Of a stretch of DNA of 56,852 nucleotides, positions 16,274-26,682 are shown in pieces (within the stretch, counting starts at the first letter, position 1; each line of letters opens with the position of its first letter). The DNA lies in assembly GCA_021780155.1 (NCBI GenBank), contig JAJXZH010000006.1, forward strand, positions 1-56,852, in the 5' to 3' direction. The notes under the pieces were generated by a model. It did not search any database. It had not been told where the DNA came from and worked only from the letters and a program-made list of their open reading frames with translations. The stretch comes from a bacterium (GTDB lineage Bacteria; Patescibacteriota; Minisyncoccia; UBA6257; JAGOQP01). Made by a program: the position numbers and the translations under genes.

Positions 16274-17047
16274 TTATTTAATTTCATAGATAATATTTAC
16301 ATTAGCTGTTATATCCTGACTGCCTGGCTGAATAACTGGCGCGACGTTTTCAATTGCCGGAGCGGCAGCGCTCATAATAGAGGCGCTCTTATACATCGGG
16401 GAATATCCGGATGAATAATCGGATACTGAAACTATTTTCCCCAAACCAACTCCACTTTGTTGCGCCATTGTTTGAGCCTTGTCTTTTGCTTTCTGAAATG
16501 CCTTAGCTCTGGCGTCGGAAAGATATTTATCCGGACTATCAACGGAAAAAGAAATTCCACTAATATTGCTAACCTTCAAAGAACTCAATGAATTTAAAAC
16601 CGGAGAAATTTTTGAAAAATCTCTCATTTTTACAGAGATTGTTTGAGTTAATCTGTATTTGGCAATAGTCGGAACAAAATTTATTGAATAAACTCCGGAT
16701 TGAGTATAAACCGGAACCAAATCATATCCGGAAGTTTCAATGTCGTTATCGGCAATTCCATTCTGCTTTAACATCGCAATGGCGTTATTTATTTTTGAGT
16801 TGTTCTCGTTTGATATTGAAGAAACATCCACCCCCTCGCTGACAACCGAGAAAGAAAAAGTCGCCACGTCTGGAACGGCAACAACTTTATCCGAAGCAGA
16901 AACACTCATTGTTCTTGTTACGGTCAAAGAATTAATATAATTTCCCAACGGTCCAAAAAACACCACATAAACTACAATAATTGCCAACACTCCAACAAAA
17001 CAAGAAAGAACTTTAAAAAGAATATCTTTTGATTTTGATATGTCCAT
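16274..17047 (-). CDS. SIMPL/DUF541 (BP26-like) domain protein
   Basis: N-terminal TM helix, then the architecture typical of 26-kDa periplasmic immunogenic protein family members (ATFSFSV...AKAFQKAKDKAQTMA...). Confidence 0.6.
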   Translation of the reverse strand: MDISKSKDILFKVLSCFVGVLAIIVVYVVFFGPLGNYINSLTVTRTMSVSASDKVVAVPDVATFSFSVVSEGVDVSSISNENNSKINNAIAMLKQNGIADNDIETSGYDLVPVYTQSGVYSINFVPTIAKYRLTQTISVKMRDFSKISPVLNSLSSLKVSNISGISFSVDSPDKYLSDARAKAFQKAKDKAQTMAQQSGVGLGKIVSVSDYSSGYSPMYKSASIMSAAAPAIENVAPVIQPGSQDITANVNIIYEIK

Positions 17048-17067
17048 AAAATTAAAATATCTTAAAA

Positions 17068-17841
17068 TTATTTATTTTGCGCGACTTTGTTTATTATACA
17101 AGAAATTTCCGATTTTTTTAAGCTCGCCGAACCGACCAAAAATCCGTCAATTTCTTTATATTTTAAAAATGAAGAAATGTTTTTGCAATCAACGCTTCCG
17201 CCATAAAGAACTTCAACATCCAATCCATGTTTTTCTTTAACAAATTTTTTAATTTCTTTTATTATCAAGGCGGAACGTTCGGCGTCTGTCGGCTTTCCCC
17301 CACCAATTGACCAGACCGGTTCATAAGCGATTATCAATTTTGTATTTTTCCTGCCTGCCGATAGATAAGATATTTTATTTATTGAATTTGATATTTTGGA
17401 TAAATCTTTTTTAAGCTGATTTTTTATAAAAATCAAAGCTTGGTTGAGCGAATCTTTATGCGTCTCTCCAACACATAAAACCGCCAGCAAATCATTTTTT
17501 ATCAGAGAAATTATTTTCTTATTTATCAAATCATCATCTTCCTTTAAAATATATCTTCTTTCGGAATGGCCAACAATGGAACCGGAAATCCCCATTTTTT
17601 TAATCATCAGAGGGCTTATTTCTCCGGTATAAGCGCCCAATAAATCCCAAAAAACATTTTGAGCGATTATTTTTATTTTTGATTTTTTATTTTGATTATT
17701 AACGAGGTCTTTTAAATATAAATATGGAGGAGCAATCATTATTTGATCCTTCGTTTTTTCGGAAACAAAATCAAAAAGTTCCTTTGCCATTTTAAACGAC
17801 TCGGGATTCATTTTCCAATTCAAAATAAGCGTTTTTTTCAT
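17068..17841 (-). CDS. tpiA: triosephosphate isomerase
   Basis: Motifs NWKMN, GHSERR, AYEPVWSIGGGK and LYGGSV. Confidence 0.93.
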   Translation of the reverse strand: MKKTLILNWKMNPESFKMAKELFDFVSEKTKDQIMIAPPYLYLKDLVNNQNKKSKIKIIAQNVFWDLLGAYTGEISPLMIKKMGISGSIVGHSERRYILKEDDDLINKKIISLIKNDLLAVLCVGETHKDSLNQALIFIKNQLKKDLSKISNSINKISYLSAGRKNTKLIIAYEPVWSIGGGKPTDAERSALIIKEIKKFVKEKHGLDVEVLYGGSVDCKNISSFLKYKEIDGFLVGSASLKKSEISCIINKVAQNK

Positions 17842-17884
17842 TTACATAATTTTAACCCGCTAAAAATTTTAAATCAAATTTTGT

Positions 17885-18514
17885 TTATTTTGCCCGTTTT
17901 TTAAAAGAGATATTGAAATGTTTTTTTGCCCAATAAATAGCGGCCAGGATAATAATCAAAGCAATCGCCAAATCAAGCTGTCTAAAATATTTTTCCAATA
18001 CATTCCAATTATCTCCCAAAATCTTACCCAAATAAGTCAAAAAGAGGGACCAAATAAAAGAACCGATAAAAGTCAAATAACAAAATCTAAAAAATTTCAT
18101 CTTTCCTATTCCAGCCGGAAGAGAAATAAAAGTTCGCAAAATAGGCAAAATCCTCGAAATTAAAACCGAAAAGGAACCATATTTTTCAAAAAAAGTTTTT
18201 GATTTTTCAAGAAATCTTTCGGAAATCAAAATTTTCAAAAAATAAACTCTTTCTCTATTATTGACTATCGTTGAGGCCAACCAATAAGAAACGATCGAAC
18301 CAAAAAGATTACCCAAAGCTCCCACAAAAACAACAGGCCAAAATCCAAAAACCCCCTTAGAAATTAAAAATCCGGAAAAAGGCATAATTACTTCGGAAGG
18401 AATCGGAATGTTGGCACTTTCCAAAGACATTAAAATGAATATTCCAAAAAGTCCCGATGACTTGATAAAGTTAATAACAAGCAAAACCAGCCAAGACAAA
18501 ATTTGAGAAATCAT
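17885..18514 (-). CDS. DedA family membrane protein
   Basis: SNARE-associated/DedA motif: ...F.EKYGSFSVLISRILPILRTFISLPAGIGKM. Confidence 0.75.
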   Translation of the reverse strand: MISQILSWLVLLVINFIKSSGLFGIFILMSLESANIPIPSEVIMPFSGFLISKGVFGFWPVVFVGALGNLFGSIVSYWLASTIVNNRERVYFLKILISERFLEKSKTFFEKYGSFSVLISRILPILRTFISLPAGIGKMKFFRFCYLTFIGSFIWSLFLTYLGKILGDNWNVLEKYFRQLDLAIALIIILAAIYWAKKHFNISFKKRAK

Positions 18515-18545
18515 AAAAATAATTCTAACAAAAAAAACACGACTT

Positions 18546-19496
18546 TTACATAGACAGCAAATCCGCTATGGATTTCATCTCTTCAAAATTATTCGCCAAC
18601 ATAAATTTATTTCTGATTAAAACCGCATTTTTAAAACCGGAAATATAGGCCTTGATATGTTTTTTGAAATGATTAAATCGTTTTATCCCCAAGAAACTAT
18701 TTTCAAAAACTTCGGCGTGAAAAAGCATAGCTTTTATTTTTTGTTCTACGGATATATCTTTGTATTCAACATTTTCGTCAAAAAACCAAGGATTTCCCAT
18801 TGTTGCTCTACCAACCATAATTCCATCAAGATTATATTTTTTGGACAATTCTTTCCCCTCATTCAAGGACAAAACATCTCCATTGCCGATTATTTTAATT
18901 TTGGTGTTTTTTGCCATTGATGACGCTAACGCTATTTGATCCCAATGAACCGGAAATCTTGAAAGCTCTTTTTTAGTGCGTCCATGAACGGTTATTGCGG
19001 CGGGTTTCGCTTCAATCAATTCTTTCATCCACAATTCGGTCTCAATTTCATTAAAACCTATTCTTGTTTTTACCGAAACGGGTAAATTGTTTGCGCCTTC
19101 TTTTGTTGCTTTAATAATTTCTTTAGCCCCTTGAGGATTTAAAATCAAAGCCGCACCACCACCCTGTTTTACAACGCTTTTATCGGGACATCCCATATTG
19201 ATATCTATTCCATCAAACCCCAAAGACGCGATATATTTTGCCGCTTCTAAAAAATGTTCAGGATTACTTCCCCAAATTTGAGCAACTATCGGTCTTTGAA
19301 TTTGAGAATACTGCAAATAATACTTTGCCATTTTTTCTCGAGATTGAGGATGACAAAGACCATCAACGGAAACAAATTCGGTAAAAATTAAGTCCGGTTT
19401 TTTAAAATGAGAGATAGTTTCTCTAAACGCAAAATCGGTTACTTCGTGCATCGGCGCTAAAGCAAAAAATGGTTTTTTAAATTCATTCCAAAACAT
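18546..19496 (-). CDS. tRNA-dihydrouridine synthase
   Basis: LAPMHEVTDFAFR, DINMGCP, HGRT. TIM-barrel Dus family. Confidence 0.85.
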   Translation of the reverse strand: MFWNEFKKPFFALAPMHEVTDFAFRETISHFKKPDLIFTEFVSVDGLCHPQSREKMAKYYLQYSQIQRPIVAQIWGSNPEHFLEAAKYIASLGFDGIDINMGCPDKSVVKQGGGAALILNPQGAKEIIKATKEGANNLPVSVKTRIGFNEIETELWMKELIEAKPAAITVHGRTKKELSRFPVHWDQIALASSMAKNTKIKIIGNGDVLSLNEGKELSKKYNLDGIMVGRATMGNPWFFDENVEYKDISVEQKIKAMLFHAEVFENSFLGIKRFNHFKKHIKAYISGFKNAVLIRNKFMLANNFEEMKSIADLLSM

Positions 19497-19571
19497 AGAT
19501 AAAACTATATTTATTTTTTAATAAAAGAGCAAGGACATAAAAATAAAAACCCCTTTGATGGGGTTAGTAAT

Positions 19572-20438
19572 TCATTTTTTAGCTGAAAGAAAAAATTCTT
19601 TCTTTTTTTCCATTGCTCTAAAAACATCAAGAGCTTTTTTAACTCGAGCGATATCAAGCGCTCCGCCCTTGATTCCCGTCACGCTTTGGAATAATCCGAT
19701 AACGAGTCCGTTCATATCATAAACGGCGGTTCCGCTACAACCCTCCGGATCAACATGAACCAAAAAAGAAACCTCTCCCGATTCTTTGTTAAAGCTATAT
19801 AATTCCCCAATAACCACTCTTGGTTCTCCAAACGCCATACATTTCATTCCCACCATTACCTTTTCCAAAGGAACTTCTTTTTTGTTTTTGGGAAAAGAAT
19901 TAAAAATCTCTTCGGCTGATTTTACGGGAATCATATTGTAAAAATAAGATGGATAAATCCTAATAAAAGCCACATCTTGAGTATGAACGTCGCCCAAAAC
20001 ATTTACTCCCAACCAATGGTCTTTATTGCTCGCTATTTGGATAATTTTTTTTGGCTGAATTACGTGATTGGCTGTCGCCAAAATTCCGCTGTCAATCAGA
20101 AAACCGGTTCCATAATTTCCGTCATCCGTTTTTTCATTGTCAATATCGCGAACTCCATAAACATCACGATTTTCCATTAAAAAATTTTTCATTTTCTGCT
20201 CAAGAAAAATTCTTTCGCCCATTGATGCCGACCCAAACGGCGCAAAAATAATTTTATTATCATTTTCACTTTCGCGATCAATCGGAGCTTTTCTTACTAC
20301 ATTAATTTTGTAATGTGATTTCACAAAATTTTCTATATTGGAATTGGTTTTATTTAAAGCAAAAACCAAAAAACAAGACAGAAGAGAAAGAGCGACTATC
20401 TCCGCATCCTTAAATTTGGAAAGTTTATCCGGGCTCAT
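19572..20438 (-). CDS. membrane-anchored trypsin-like serine protease
   Basis: The catalytic triad context is ATANHV (His), DVAFIRI (Asp) and GCSGTAVYD (Ser). Confidence 0.7.
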   Translation of the reverse strand: MSPDKLSKFKDAEIVALSLLSCFLVFALNKTNSNIENFVKSHYKINVVRKAPIDRESENDNKIIFAPFGSASMGERIFLEQKMKNFLMENRDVYGVRDIDNEKTDDGNYGTGFLIDSGILATANHVIQPKKIIQIASNKDHWLGVNVLGDVHTQDVAFIRIYPSYFYNMIPVKSAEEIFNSFPKNKKEVPLEKVMVGMKCMAFGEPRVVIGELYSFNKESGEVSFLVHVDPEGCSGTAVYDMNGLVIGLFQSVTGIKGGALDIARVKKALDVFRAMEKKKEFFLSAKK

Positions 20439-20530
20439 TTTTTTGACCCCCTTTTTTAACGAACTGATTTTATGATAAACAAAAACCGCCCGCTGTCAAA
20501 CGGCAAAATCAAAAAATAAAAATATGTTTT

Positions 20531-20833
20531 TTATCTAAAAAGAAGCAGATAGGCTGCTCCCGCATATTGTATATGAGGAGATTGAACCTTTGCCATTTCT
20601 TCTTCCGATTGACTTCTAACAATTCCATCGTCACCAACCACTCCCAATAATTCTTCCTGAGAATCATAAACATATCCCCCATCATCTACATAACCCACAT
20701 ATTCGTCGGCCTTGTCGTAAACTTTTCCATTATCCACTACTTTACCGACATATTCACTTCCCTGATCATAAACAAAACCATTACTTTCAATTCTTCCAAC
20801 TTCGTCATCATCCATTTTATAAATTGTTGACAT
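20531..20833 (-). CDS. small repeat protein (G.VYD...EYVG units; resembles 4-fold beta-flower proteins)
   Basis: Four repeats of about 14 aa: NGFVYDQGSEYVG / NGKVYDKADEYVG / GGYVYDSQEELLG / DGIVRSQSEEEM. Confidence 0.4.
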   Translation of the reverse strand: MSTIYKMDDDEVGRIESNGFVYDQGSEYVGKVVDNGKVYDKADEYVGYVDDGGYVYDSQEELLGVVGDDGIVRSQSEEEMAKVQSPHIQYAGAAYLLLFR

Positions 20834-20890
20834 ATTTTTTAATGATTAATAATAATTTTATTGCCATACTATTATATCAAAAATATAAAA

Positions 20891-21607
20891 TTATTCCTTT
20901 TTTAGATATTTTAAAGCTGTTTCCGGATAGTCGGTTATGACTCCATCAACTCCCAAAAATGACACGTTTAAAATATCTTCCGGTTCATTTACCGGCCAAA
21001 CATTAACCAAATAATTTTGAGAGTGGAGGGCAGTAATTATCTTCTTATCAACAAAAGTATATACAATTGAAATTCCATCGGCTTTTGATTTTTTGAGTTT
21101 ATTTAAGATGTCTTCAGCTGTTAATTCCATATCTAAAATAATAAATGTTTTTGTTTGAGGTTTTATTATTTTTATTTCCAAAATCGCCTCTTCCCAAATC
21201 GAAGAAACAAAAGCGATTTCGTTTTTGTCGTTTTCTTTTAAAAAATTACCAACCGCAACCGAAATGTCCTTTGCGTCCAAAAAGGAGTCTCCTTTTATGT
21301 CAATAATTATTTTTTTATTTTTATCTTTAACCAAGTCAAAAACTTCACTCAGTAAAGAAATTTTTTGATCGTCTCCAAAATTAAAATTTCTTATTTCTTC
21401 AAAAGTCATCTGAGAAACTTCGCCTTCGCCATTTGAAGTTCTTTTTATGTTGCCATCATGAATAACGACAATCTTTTTATCTTTAGTCAGATGAACATCA
21501 CATTCGACACAGTCGGCAAAATCAAGTCCAACTTTAAAAGCTTTTAAAGTGTTTTCCGGAGCAATACCCTTAGCTCCTCTATGGCCAATGATTAGAGGAA
21601 TCGCCAT
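20891..21607 (-). CDS. glycerophosphodiester phosphodiesterase
   Basis: Motifs IGHRGAKGIAPENTLKAF and ECDVHLTKDKKIVVIHD. Confidence 0.88.
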   Translation of the reverse strand: MAIPLIIGHRGAKGIAPENTLKAFKVGLDFADCVECDVHLTKDKKIVVIHDGNIKRTSNGEGEVSQMTFEEIRNFNFGDDQKISLLSEVFDLVKDKNKKIIIDIKGDSFLDAKDISVAVGNFLKENDKNEIAFVSSIWEEAILEIKIIKPQTKTFIILDMELTAEDILNKLKKSKADGISIVYTFVDKKIITALHSQNYLVNVWPVNEPEDILNVSFLGVDGVITDYPETALKYLKKE

Positions 21608-21613
21608 AAAATT

Positions 21614-22267
21614 CTATTTTGCCAAAAGCTTAAAACTGGAAAGAACCCCAATACAATCAACTGATTCTGGGCTAGAACATGTTTGACTTTTTAGAGAATA
21701 AACATATTTCGAATTTTGAGCTAAAAATAATCTAAAATTGTCAATATTATTATTAATCGCGCTCGGCAAAGAACTGCTCGCCATCTGAATAGCCTGACCG
21801 ACAAGGTTTAATTGTTTGACATCATAGTTTAAAAATCCTGAATCTTTGGCGATTTGAGAAGCAACAACCGACGGCTTCCAAACATCAATCACCCAATAGA
21901 TCTGCCGATTCGGATCGTTTTCGTAATCCGAAGTTTTTTGAGCCAACAATACTTCGGCAACTTTCAAAGAAGACGATTGATAAGGACCATATGTTTCAAC
22001 ATTCCAATATCCCGGATAGCTAATTTCAAAATCATATGTTTTGCTTTGATAAATTTTCCAACTTGAATCATTGTTGAAATTTTTCTCACCCGAACAAGAA
22101 GTTTGAGGCATAGCGGAACTTGGATTGCCGTGTTTTACCCATTGTCCTCCGACACAAAGCCAGACATCTTCATTGGTCGACAAAAATAATCTTAAAATTA
22201 GTAAGGAAAGTGCGCTGGCTAATATGATTGCCAACCCAATAAAAATAAATAATCTCTGTTTATTCAT
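21614..22267 (-). CDS. hypothetical secreted protein
   Basis: N-terminal signal/TM segment. No recognisable motifs. Confidence 0.5.
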   Translation of the reverse strand: MNKQRLFIFIGLAIILASALSLLILRLFLSTNEDVWLCVGGQWVKHGNPSSAMPQTSCSGEKNFNNDSSWKIYQSKTYDFEISYPGYWNVETYGPYQSSSLKVAEVLLAQKTSDYENDPNRQIYWVIDVWKPSVVASQIAKDSGFLNYDVKQLNLVGQAIQMASSSLPSAINNNIDNFRLFLAQNSKYVYSLKSQTCSSPESVDCIGVLSSFKLLAK

Positions 22268-22272
22268 TTTGA

Positions 22273-23418
22273 TTATTTTTTTCTTAATTCAAACTTGGCA
22301 TAAAGCTCGCCGTAAAGAACACCCAAAGAAACCATAAACAACGCTCCTGCCACTATCCATCCGACAACAGGAATAATTTTAATGATTTGGAAAACTAAAA
22401 CTCCCAAGATAACGGAATACCAACTCGAAGAATAATCGCCTTTTCTGAAAATCCATTTAGAAATAAATCCTCCGGTCAAAATTCCGGCAAAAACAGAACC
22501 GATTAATATCATTATTGCGTAAACCAACATAGCAATGAAAGCCGGTATTATTCCGACGATAGTAATTAAAGAAATAATTATCGCTATCGGAATAATAAAG
22601 AACAAAACAAAACCTCTTAATAATTCTTTCCAAAAACCGGAAGTCGCGCGATGAACCAAATCGTTTGTTTCGCGTTTAAAGACAAAGAATAATATCAAAG
22701 CTCCCGCCATTAAAATCAATAACTTTATTAGCCACAAAACAGTGATAAATCCTAAAATAAATTGCGCGGCAAACCCGGCATTTGAAGCATACTGTGTCTG
22801 GTGAAAATTCAAAGTTCCGATAATTTTAGCGCCACTTGCAATAGATGCTTGATTTTGAGAATAATAATCAAAATTCCCTTTTATTATAGCGTTCGGCCCC
22901 AAAGAGACATCCTTGGCTTTAACCATGACATTTCCTGAAATTACTCCATTAATATAAACTCTTCCTCCATATGCTTTTAAATCTCCATTGACGCTTCCTT
23001 CGTCGCTAAAATTTCCGCTAAAAGCATAAACATTTCTTCCGACAAAAGCGTTTGGAAATATATTTAATTGACCCCCTGCCGCAAGAAGCTCTCCTTCGAT
23101 CTTTCCATTAATATTTAAAGAACCGGAAATAACTCTGGCATCGCCCTTGACCGAACCATTCAAATAGACATTTCCGGCAACAGTCGCAAAATCTTCCCCA
23201 ACCAAACCATTAACCGCAACGGTTCCTCCTGCGGAAAAAAGATCTTTTTGAACGATTCCGTCCATATTAACCGTTCCTCCGGCAACATATAAATTGTCGT
23301 TTACAACCTGACCGGCATTCAAATAATAAACATTTTTGGACGCCTTAAATTCCGCCGCGTTTGTAACAACGGGGATTGCCAAAAAAACAATGGCAAATAA
23401 AACAAATATTTTTTTCAT
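22273..23418 (-). CDS. exported bactofilin-like beta-helix repeat protein with C-terminal multi-TM domain
   Basis: Signal peptide, then repeated AGG.V..NG.V units (polymer-forming cytoskeletal/DUF583-like), then about 5 TM helices. Confidence 0.45.
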   Translation of the reverse strand: MKKIFVLFAIVFLAIPVVTNAAEFKASKNVYYLNAGQVVNDNLYVAGGTVNMDGIVQKDLFSAGGTVAVNGLVGEDFATVAGNVYLNGSVKGDARVISGSLNINGKIEGELLAAGGQLNIFPNAFVGRNVYAFSGNFSDEGSVNGDLKAYGGRVYINGVISGNVMVKAKDVSLGPNAIIKGNFDYYSQNQASIASGAKIIGTLNFHQTQYASNAGFAAQFILGFITVLWLIKLLILMAGALILFFVFKRETNDLVHRATSGFWKELLRGFVLFFIIPIAIIISLITIVGIIPAFIAMLVYAIMILIGSVFAGILTGGFISKWIFRKGDYSSSWYSVILGVLVFQIIKIIPVVGWIVAGALFMVSLGVLYGELYAKFELRKK

Positions 23419-23526
23419 ATTTTATTTTTTAATTATAAATCATTATAACACTTTTTGTTTTTTATTGAAACAAATGGGACTTGGATTATTTGCATATAGG
23501 GACCTAAGTGATAGAATTAAAATTCA

Positions 23527-24111
23527 ATGGAAAAATCGCTGTTTTTAGCCCAAATCGTATCGGTTGGAATAATAGCTTACCCAATCATTTTTGTTTCAAT
23601 GATGATTGAGGGGGATGTCGTTATATTTATATCATTTTTTCTGGTTTCTTCCGGCATCTTGGATCCGGCAACAACTTTTTTGGTTGTTTTTTTCGGAACA
23701 ATTATCGGCGACACGCTTTGGTATCACGTTGGTTTAACCTCCGAACCAAAAAATAAGTTATCTCTTTGGATTTTAAATAGTTCTTCAAAATTAACTTCAA
23801 AATTTGACAATCATATAAAAGAGAAAACATTCCGCGCTGTATTTGTCTCAAAATTCACCTATGGATTTCATCATCTTATTTTGTTACGCGCCGGAATTAT
23901 AAAAACAAATTTCAGAAAATTTATTGAAATTGATATTTTGGCGACTATTATTTGGATAATTATTATAGGAAGTTTGGGATATGCCTCCGGCGCTTCATTT
24001 GAGCTTATTAAACATAAATTGGAACACTTTGAAATCGGAGTTTTAGCGGCAGTTATTATTTTTATAATTATCGGAGAAATTATTTCAAAAATACTAAGAA
24101 AAAAAATTTAG
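23527..24111 (+). CDS. DedA family membrane protein
   Basis: Polytopic, with DedA-like loops (GDTLWYHVG ... FVSKFTYGFHHLILLRAG). Confidence 0.6.
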   Translation: MEKSLFLAQIVSVGIIAYPIIFVSMMIEGDVVIFISFFLVSSGILDPATTFLVVFFGTIIGDTLWYHVGLTSEPKNKLSLWILNSSSKLTSKFDNHIKEKTFRAVFVSKFTYGFHHLILLRAGIIKTNFRKFIEIDILATIIWIIIIGSLGYASGASFELIKHKLEHFEIGVLAAVIIFIIIGEIISKILRKKI

Positions 24112-24122
24112 CCATAAAAAAT

Positions 24123-24148
24123 AAAAGCCCTTTAAAAATGGGCTTTTT
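24123..24148. terminator. bidirectional rho-independent terminator
   Basis: AAAAGCCC-TTTAAAAAT-GGGCTTTTT, located between convergent genes. Confidence 0.6.
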
Positions 24149-24157
24149 AATTTTCAG

Positions 24158-24676
24158 CTATTGTTTATAAATCACCAAAGTCTTTTTATTTTTGATAATT
24201 TTAATCAACGCTTTAATGTCGGTATTTTTCATTCTAATGCATCCGGAACTTACCTTTTTGCCTATCAATCGCTCCTGATAAGTCCCGTGAATTCTGGAAA
24301 ATGGAGTTATATATCCGCCAGTAAATTTAATGATTATTTTTCCCTCTCCCATCGCATTAAGAGGGTCTCCCGCTTTGATAACTTTAGGCAAGACAATCCC
24401 CCTTCTTTTATAATAATTTATCAATCCTTGAGTTGGATACCAATTGGGATGAAGTTGCGCTCTAACCACTTGGCCATAAACCGGCAAGATGACTTTTACC
24501 GAATCTCTTGGAATAGCAACCGGATAAGAGGCCACCGGAAAAGAATTAGAGTTATAGACAATCAGAGTCCTTTGGGAAAAATAAACGACTATCGTATCAC
24601 CAACATTTTGTTCTATGTTTTTATTTAATGGAAAATTTGTGGCCGATAAAATCAAGAAAACAAGCCAAGATGCCAT
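24158..24676 (-). CDS. L,D-transpeptidase (YkuD domain)
   Basis: Active-site motif RIHGT...SSGCIRM. Confidence 0.85.
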   Translation of the reverse strand: MASWLVFLILSATNFPLNKNIEQNVGDTIVVYFSQRTLIVYNSNSFPVASYPVAIPRDSVKVILPVYGQVVRAQLHPNWYPTQGLINYYKRRGIVLPKVIKAGDPLNAMGEGKIIIKFTGGYITPFSRIHGTYQERLIGKKVSSGCIRMKNTDIKALIKIIKNKKTLVIYKQ

Positions 24677-24745
24677 TTATCCTCCTTTTTTGAGAACTAA
24701 AAAATGATTTTACGCCGAAAATCAAAAAAGTAAATATTAAATTTT

Positions 24746-25078
24746 TTATTGAATAATCAAAACATCATCCAAAGAAACCTTTGAATTTTTTAATGTATCC
24801 TGAGGCAATTCCAAAACTCTAAAATAAATCGGATTCCAAAAAAATATTTTCATCGGCTTTAAACTCTCATGAATTTTTTTAACCCTCCATTTTGAATCCA
24901 AAATAATAATATCCAATGGAAATTTAACTCCAAAGGTATGAATTCCCCACCTTGTTTCCAAATACAAAGCTTGAGGATTGTTTTTCCCAATCAAGCCGTT
25001 TATTTTTTTTGTTATCGTGTCGGCTTTGTGAATTTCTTTGACTATCTCTTGATTGCCGTTTAAATTGATTAATCTCAT
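24746..25078 (-). CDS. DUF192 family protein
   Basis: 110 aa; KGLIG...IHTFGVKFPLDIIILD pattern. Confidence 0.6.
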   Translation of the reverse strand: MRLINLNGNQEIVKEIHKADTITKKINGLIGKNNPQALYLETRWGIHTFGVKFPLDIIILDSKWRVKKIHESLKPMKIFFWNPIYFRVLELPQDTLKNSKVSLDDVLIIQ

Positions 25079-25082
25079 AATT

Positions 25083-26306
25083 TTATTTTAACTTTTCTTC
25101 CGGTTTGTTGGGTTTATAATATTTTTTATTTTTTATTTCATCAGGCAATAAATCTTCTTTGGTGTATTTTTCATATCCTTGACCATATCCGATTTCTTTC
25201 ATTAATTTTGTCGGAGCATTTCTAATTTTGAGTGGCGTTGGCAAATTGCCGTATTTTTCCGCATCTTCCATCGCTTTCAAATAAGCGTCGTAAGCGCTCC
25301 TGTCTTTTTTACATAAAGAAAGATAAACAACGCCGTGGGCTAAATTTTCTCCACATTCGGGAAGACCAATGTTTTCAACCGCTCTAAAAACATCATTTGC
25401 CACAACCAGAGCCGTCGGTTGAGCCATTCCAATGTCTTCACTGGCAAAAACAATCATTCTTCGGGCAATAAATTTTGGGTCTTCTCCGGCCTTAAGCATT
25501 CTCGCCATATAATATAAAGCCGCATCAGGTTGAGAAGCGCGCATGCTTTTAATAAACGCGCTTATTAAATTATAGTGCTCTTCGCCTTTTTTATCGTATC
25601 TTAAAAATTTTGACTGCAAAGAATTTTTGAGATTATCCAAGGTTATATCACCATAAAGATTAAAAGTGTTTTCTATTATGGCAATCACCTGCCTGGCGTC
25701 TCCGTTGGCCATTCCAATCAGCCAATCTTGAGATTGTTTGTCTATTTTAAATCCGGTTCGTTTTATTATTTTTTTTATTTCTTCTTGAGATAATGGGTTT
25801 AAAATAAAAACCCGACAACGCGAAAGAAGCGCCGGGATTACTTCAAAACTCGGATTTTCGGTAGTTGCTCCCACTAAAGTAATTATTCCCCTTTCCACAT
25901 AAGGCAATAAAAAATCCTGCTGAGCTTTATTGAATCTGTGAATCTCATCTAAAAACAAAATTTTGGATTTTTCTCTCGACTTTGCGCCAAAATTTTGATT
26001 GGCCGATGCCCATAAATCTTTTCCGGAAATATTCTTACGCGAAGATGCACTTTCTTCAATGATTTGTTTTATGTCTTCTTTTCCCGCAGATACCGCCGAA
26101 AGTTCATAAAATTCCGCATTCAAACTTTTGGCATATATTCTTGCCAAAGTTGTTTTCCCGCAGCCGGGAGGTCCCCATAAAATAAAAGAAAAAAGATGTT
26201 TTTTCTGGATAGCAACATTCAACGGCTTTTCTTTGCCGACTAAATGTTCCTGACCGATAAAATCTTTAAGAGATTGGGGTCTTATTTTTGAAGCCAAAGG
26301 TTCCAT
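25083..26306 (-). CDS. rarA: replication-associated recombination protein A (AAA+ ATPase)
   Basis: [14 protein letters not shown], Walker [20 protein letters not shown], and the MgsA C-terminal domain. Confidence 0.92.
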   Translation of the reverse strand: MEPLASKIRPQSLKDFIGQEHLVGKEKPLNVAIQKKHLFSFILWGPPGCGKTTLARIYAKSLNAEFYELSAVSAGKEDIKQIIEESASSRKNISGKDLWASANQNFGAKSREKSKILFLDEIHRFNKAQQDFLLPYVERGIITLVGATTENPSFEVIPALLSRCRVFILNPLSQEEIKKIIKRTGFKIDKQSQDWLIGMANGDARQVIAIIENTFNLYGDITLDNLKNSLQSKFLRYDKKGEEHYNLISAFIKSMRASQPDAALYYMARMLKAGEDPKFIARRMIVFASEDIGMAQPTALVVANDVFRAVENIGLPECGENLAHGVVYLSLCKKDRSAYDAYLKAMEDAEKYGNLPTPLKIRNAPTKLMKEIGYGQGYEKYTKEDLLPDEIKNKKYYKPNKPEEKLK

Positions 26307-26354
26307 CCCGATATATTAAACCAAAACAATCTAAAGATAAATATTAAAAATAAT

Positions 26355-26657
26355 TTATTTTTGTTCGTGAATTTTTTTCCATTCATCTATGCCTCCCTCC
26401 AGATGCTCTATATCAAAACCCTTGGGACCAAGTTCTCTGGCGACAATTTCACATCTACCACCGGTTTTACAAATAGTAACAATTTTGCCATCTTTGGGGA
26501 GTTCGTCTTTTTGAACTTTGACAAAAACCTTCCCCATGGGAATATTTTCCGCGCCCTCTATTTTTTCTCCTTGTTCAAATTCGTCTTTTTCTCTAACATC
26601 AATTAAACGAATTTTCTCGCCCTTTGACAATTTATCTTTTAATTCATTCGCCGTCAT
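26355..26657 (-). CDS. rhodanese-like sulfurtransferase domain protein
   Basis: 100 aa; active-site loop CKTGGRC. Confidence 0.8.
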   Translation of the reverse strand: MTANELKDKLSKGEKIRLIDVREKDEFEQGEKIEGAENIPMGKVFVKVQKDELPKDGKIVTICKTGGRCEIVARELGPKGFDIEHLEGGIDEWKKIHEQK

Positions 26658-26682
26658 ATTATTTATTTTTTGTTAATAATAA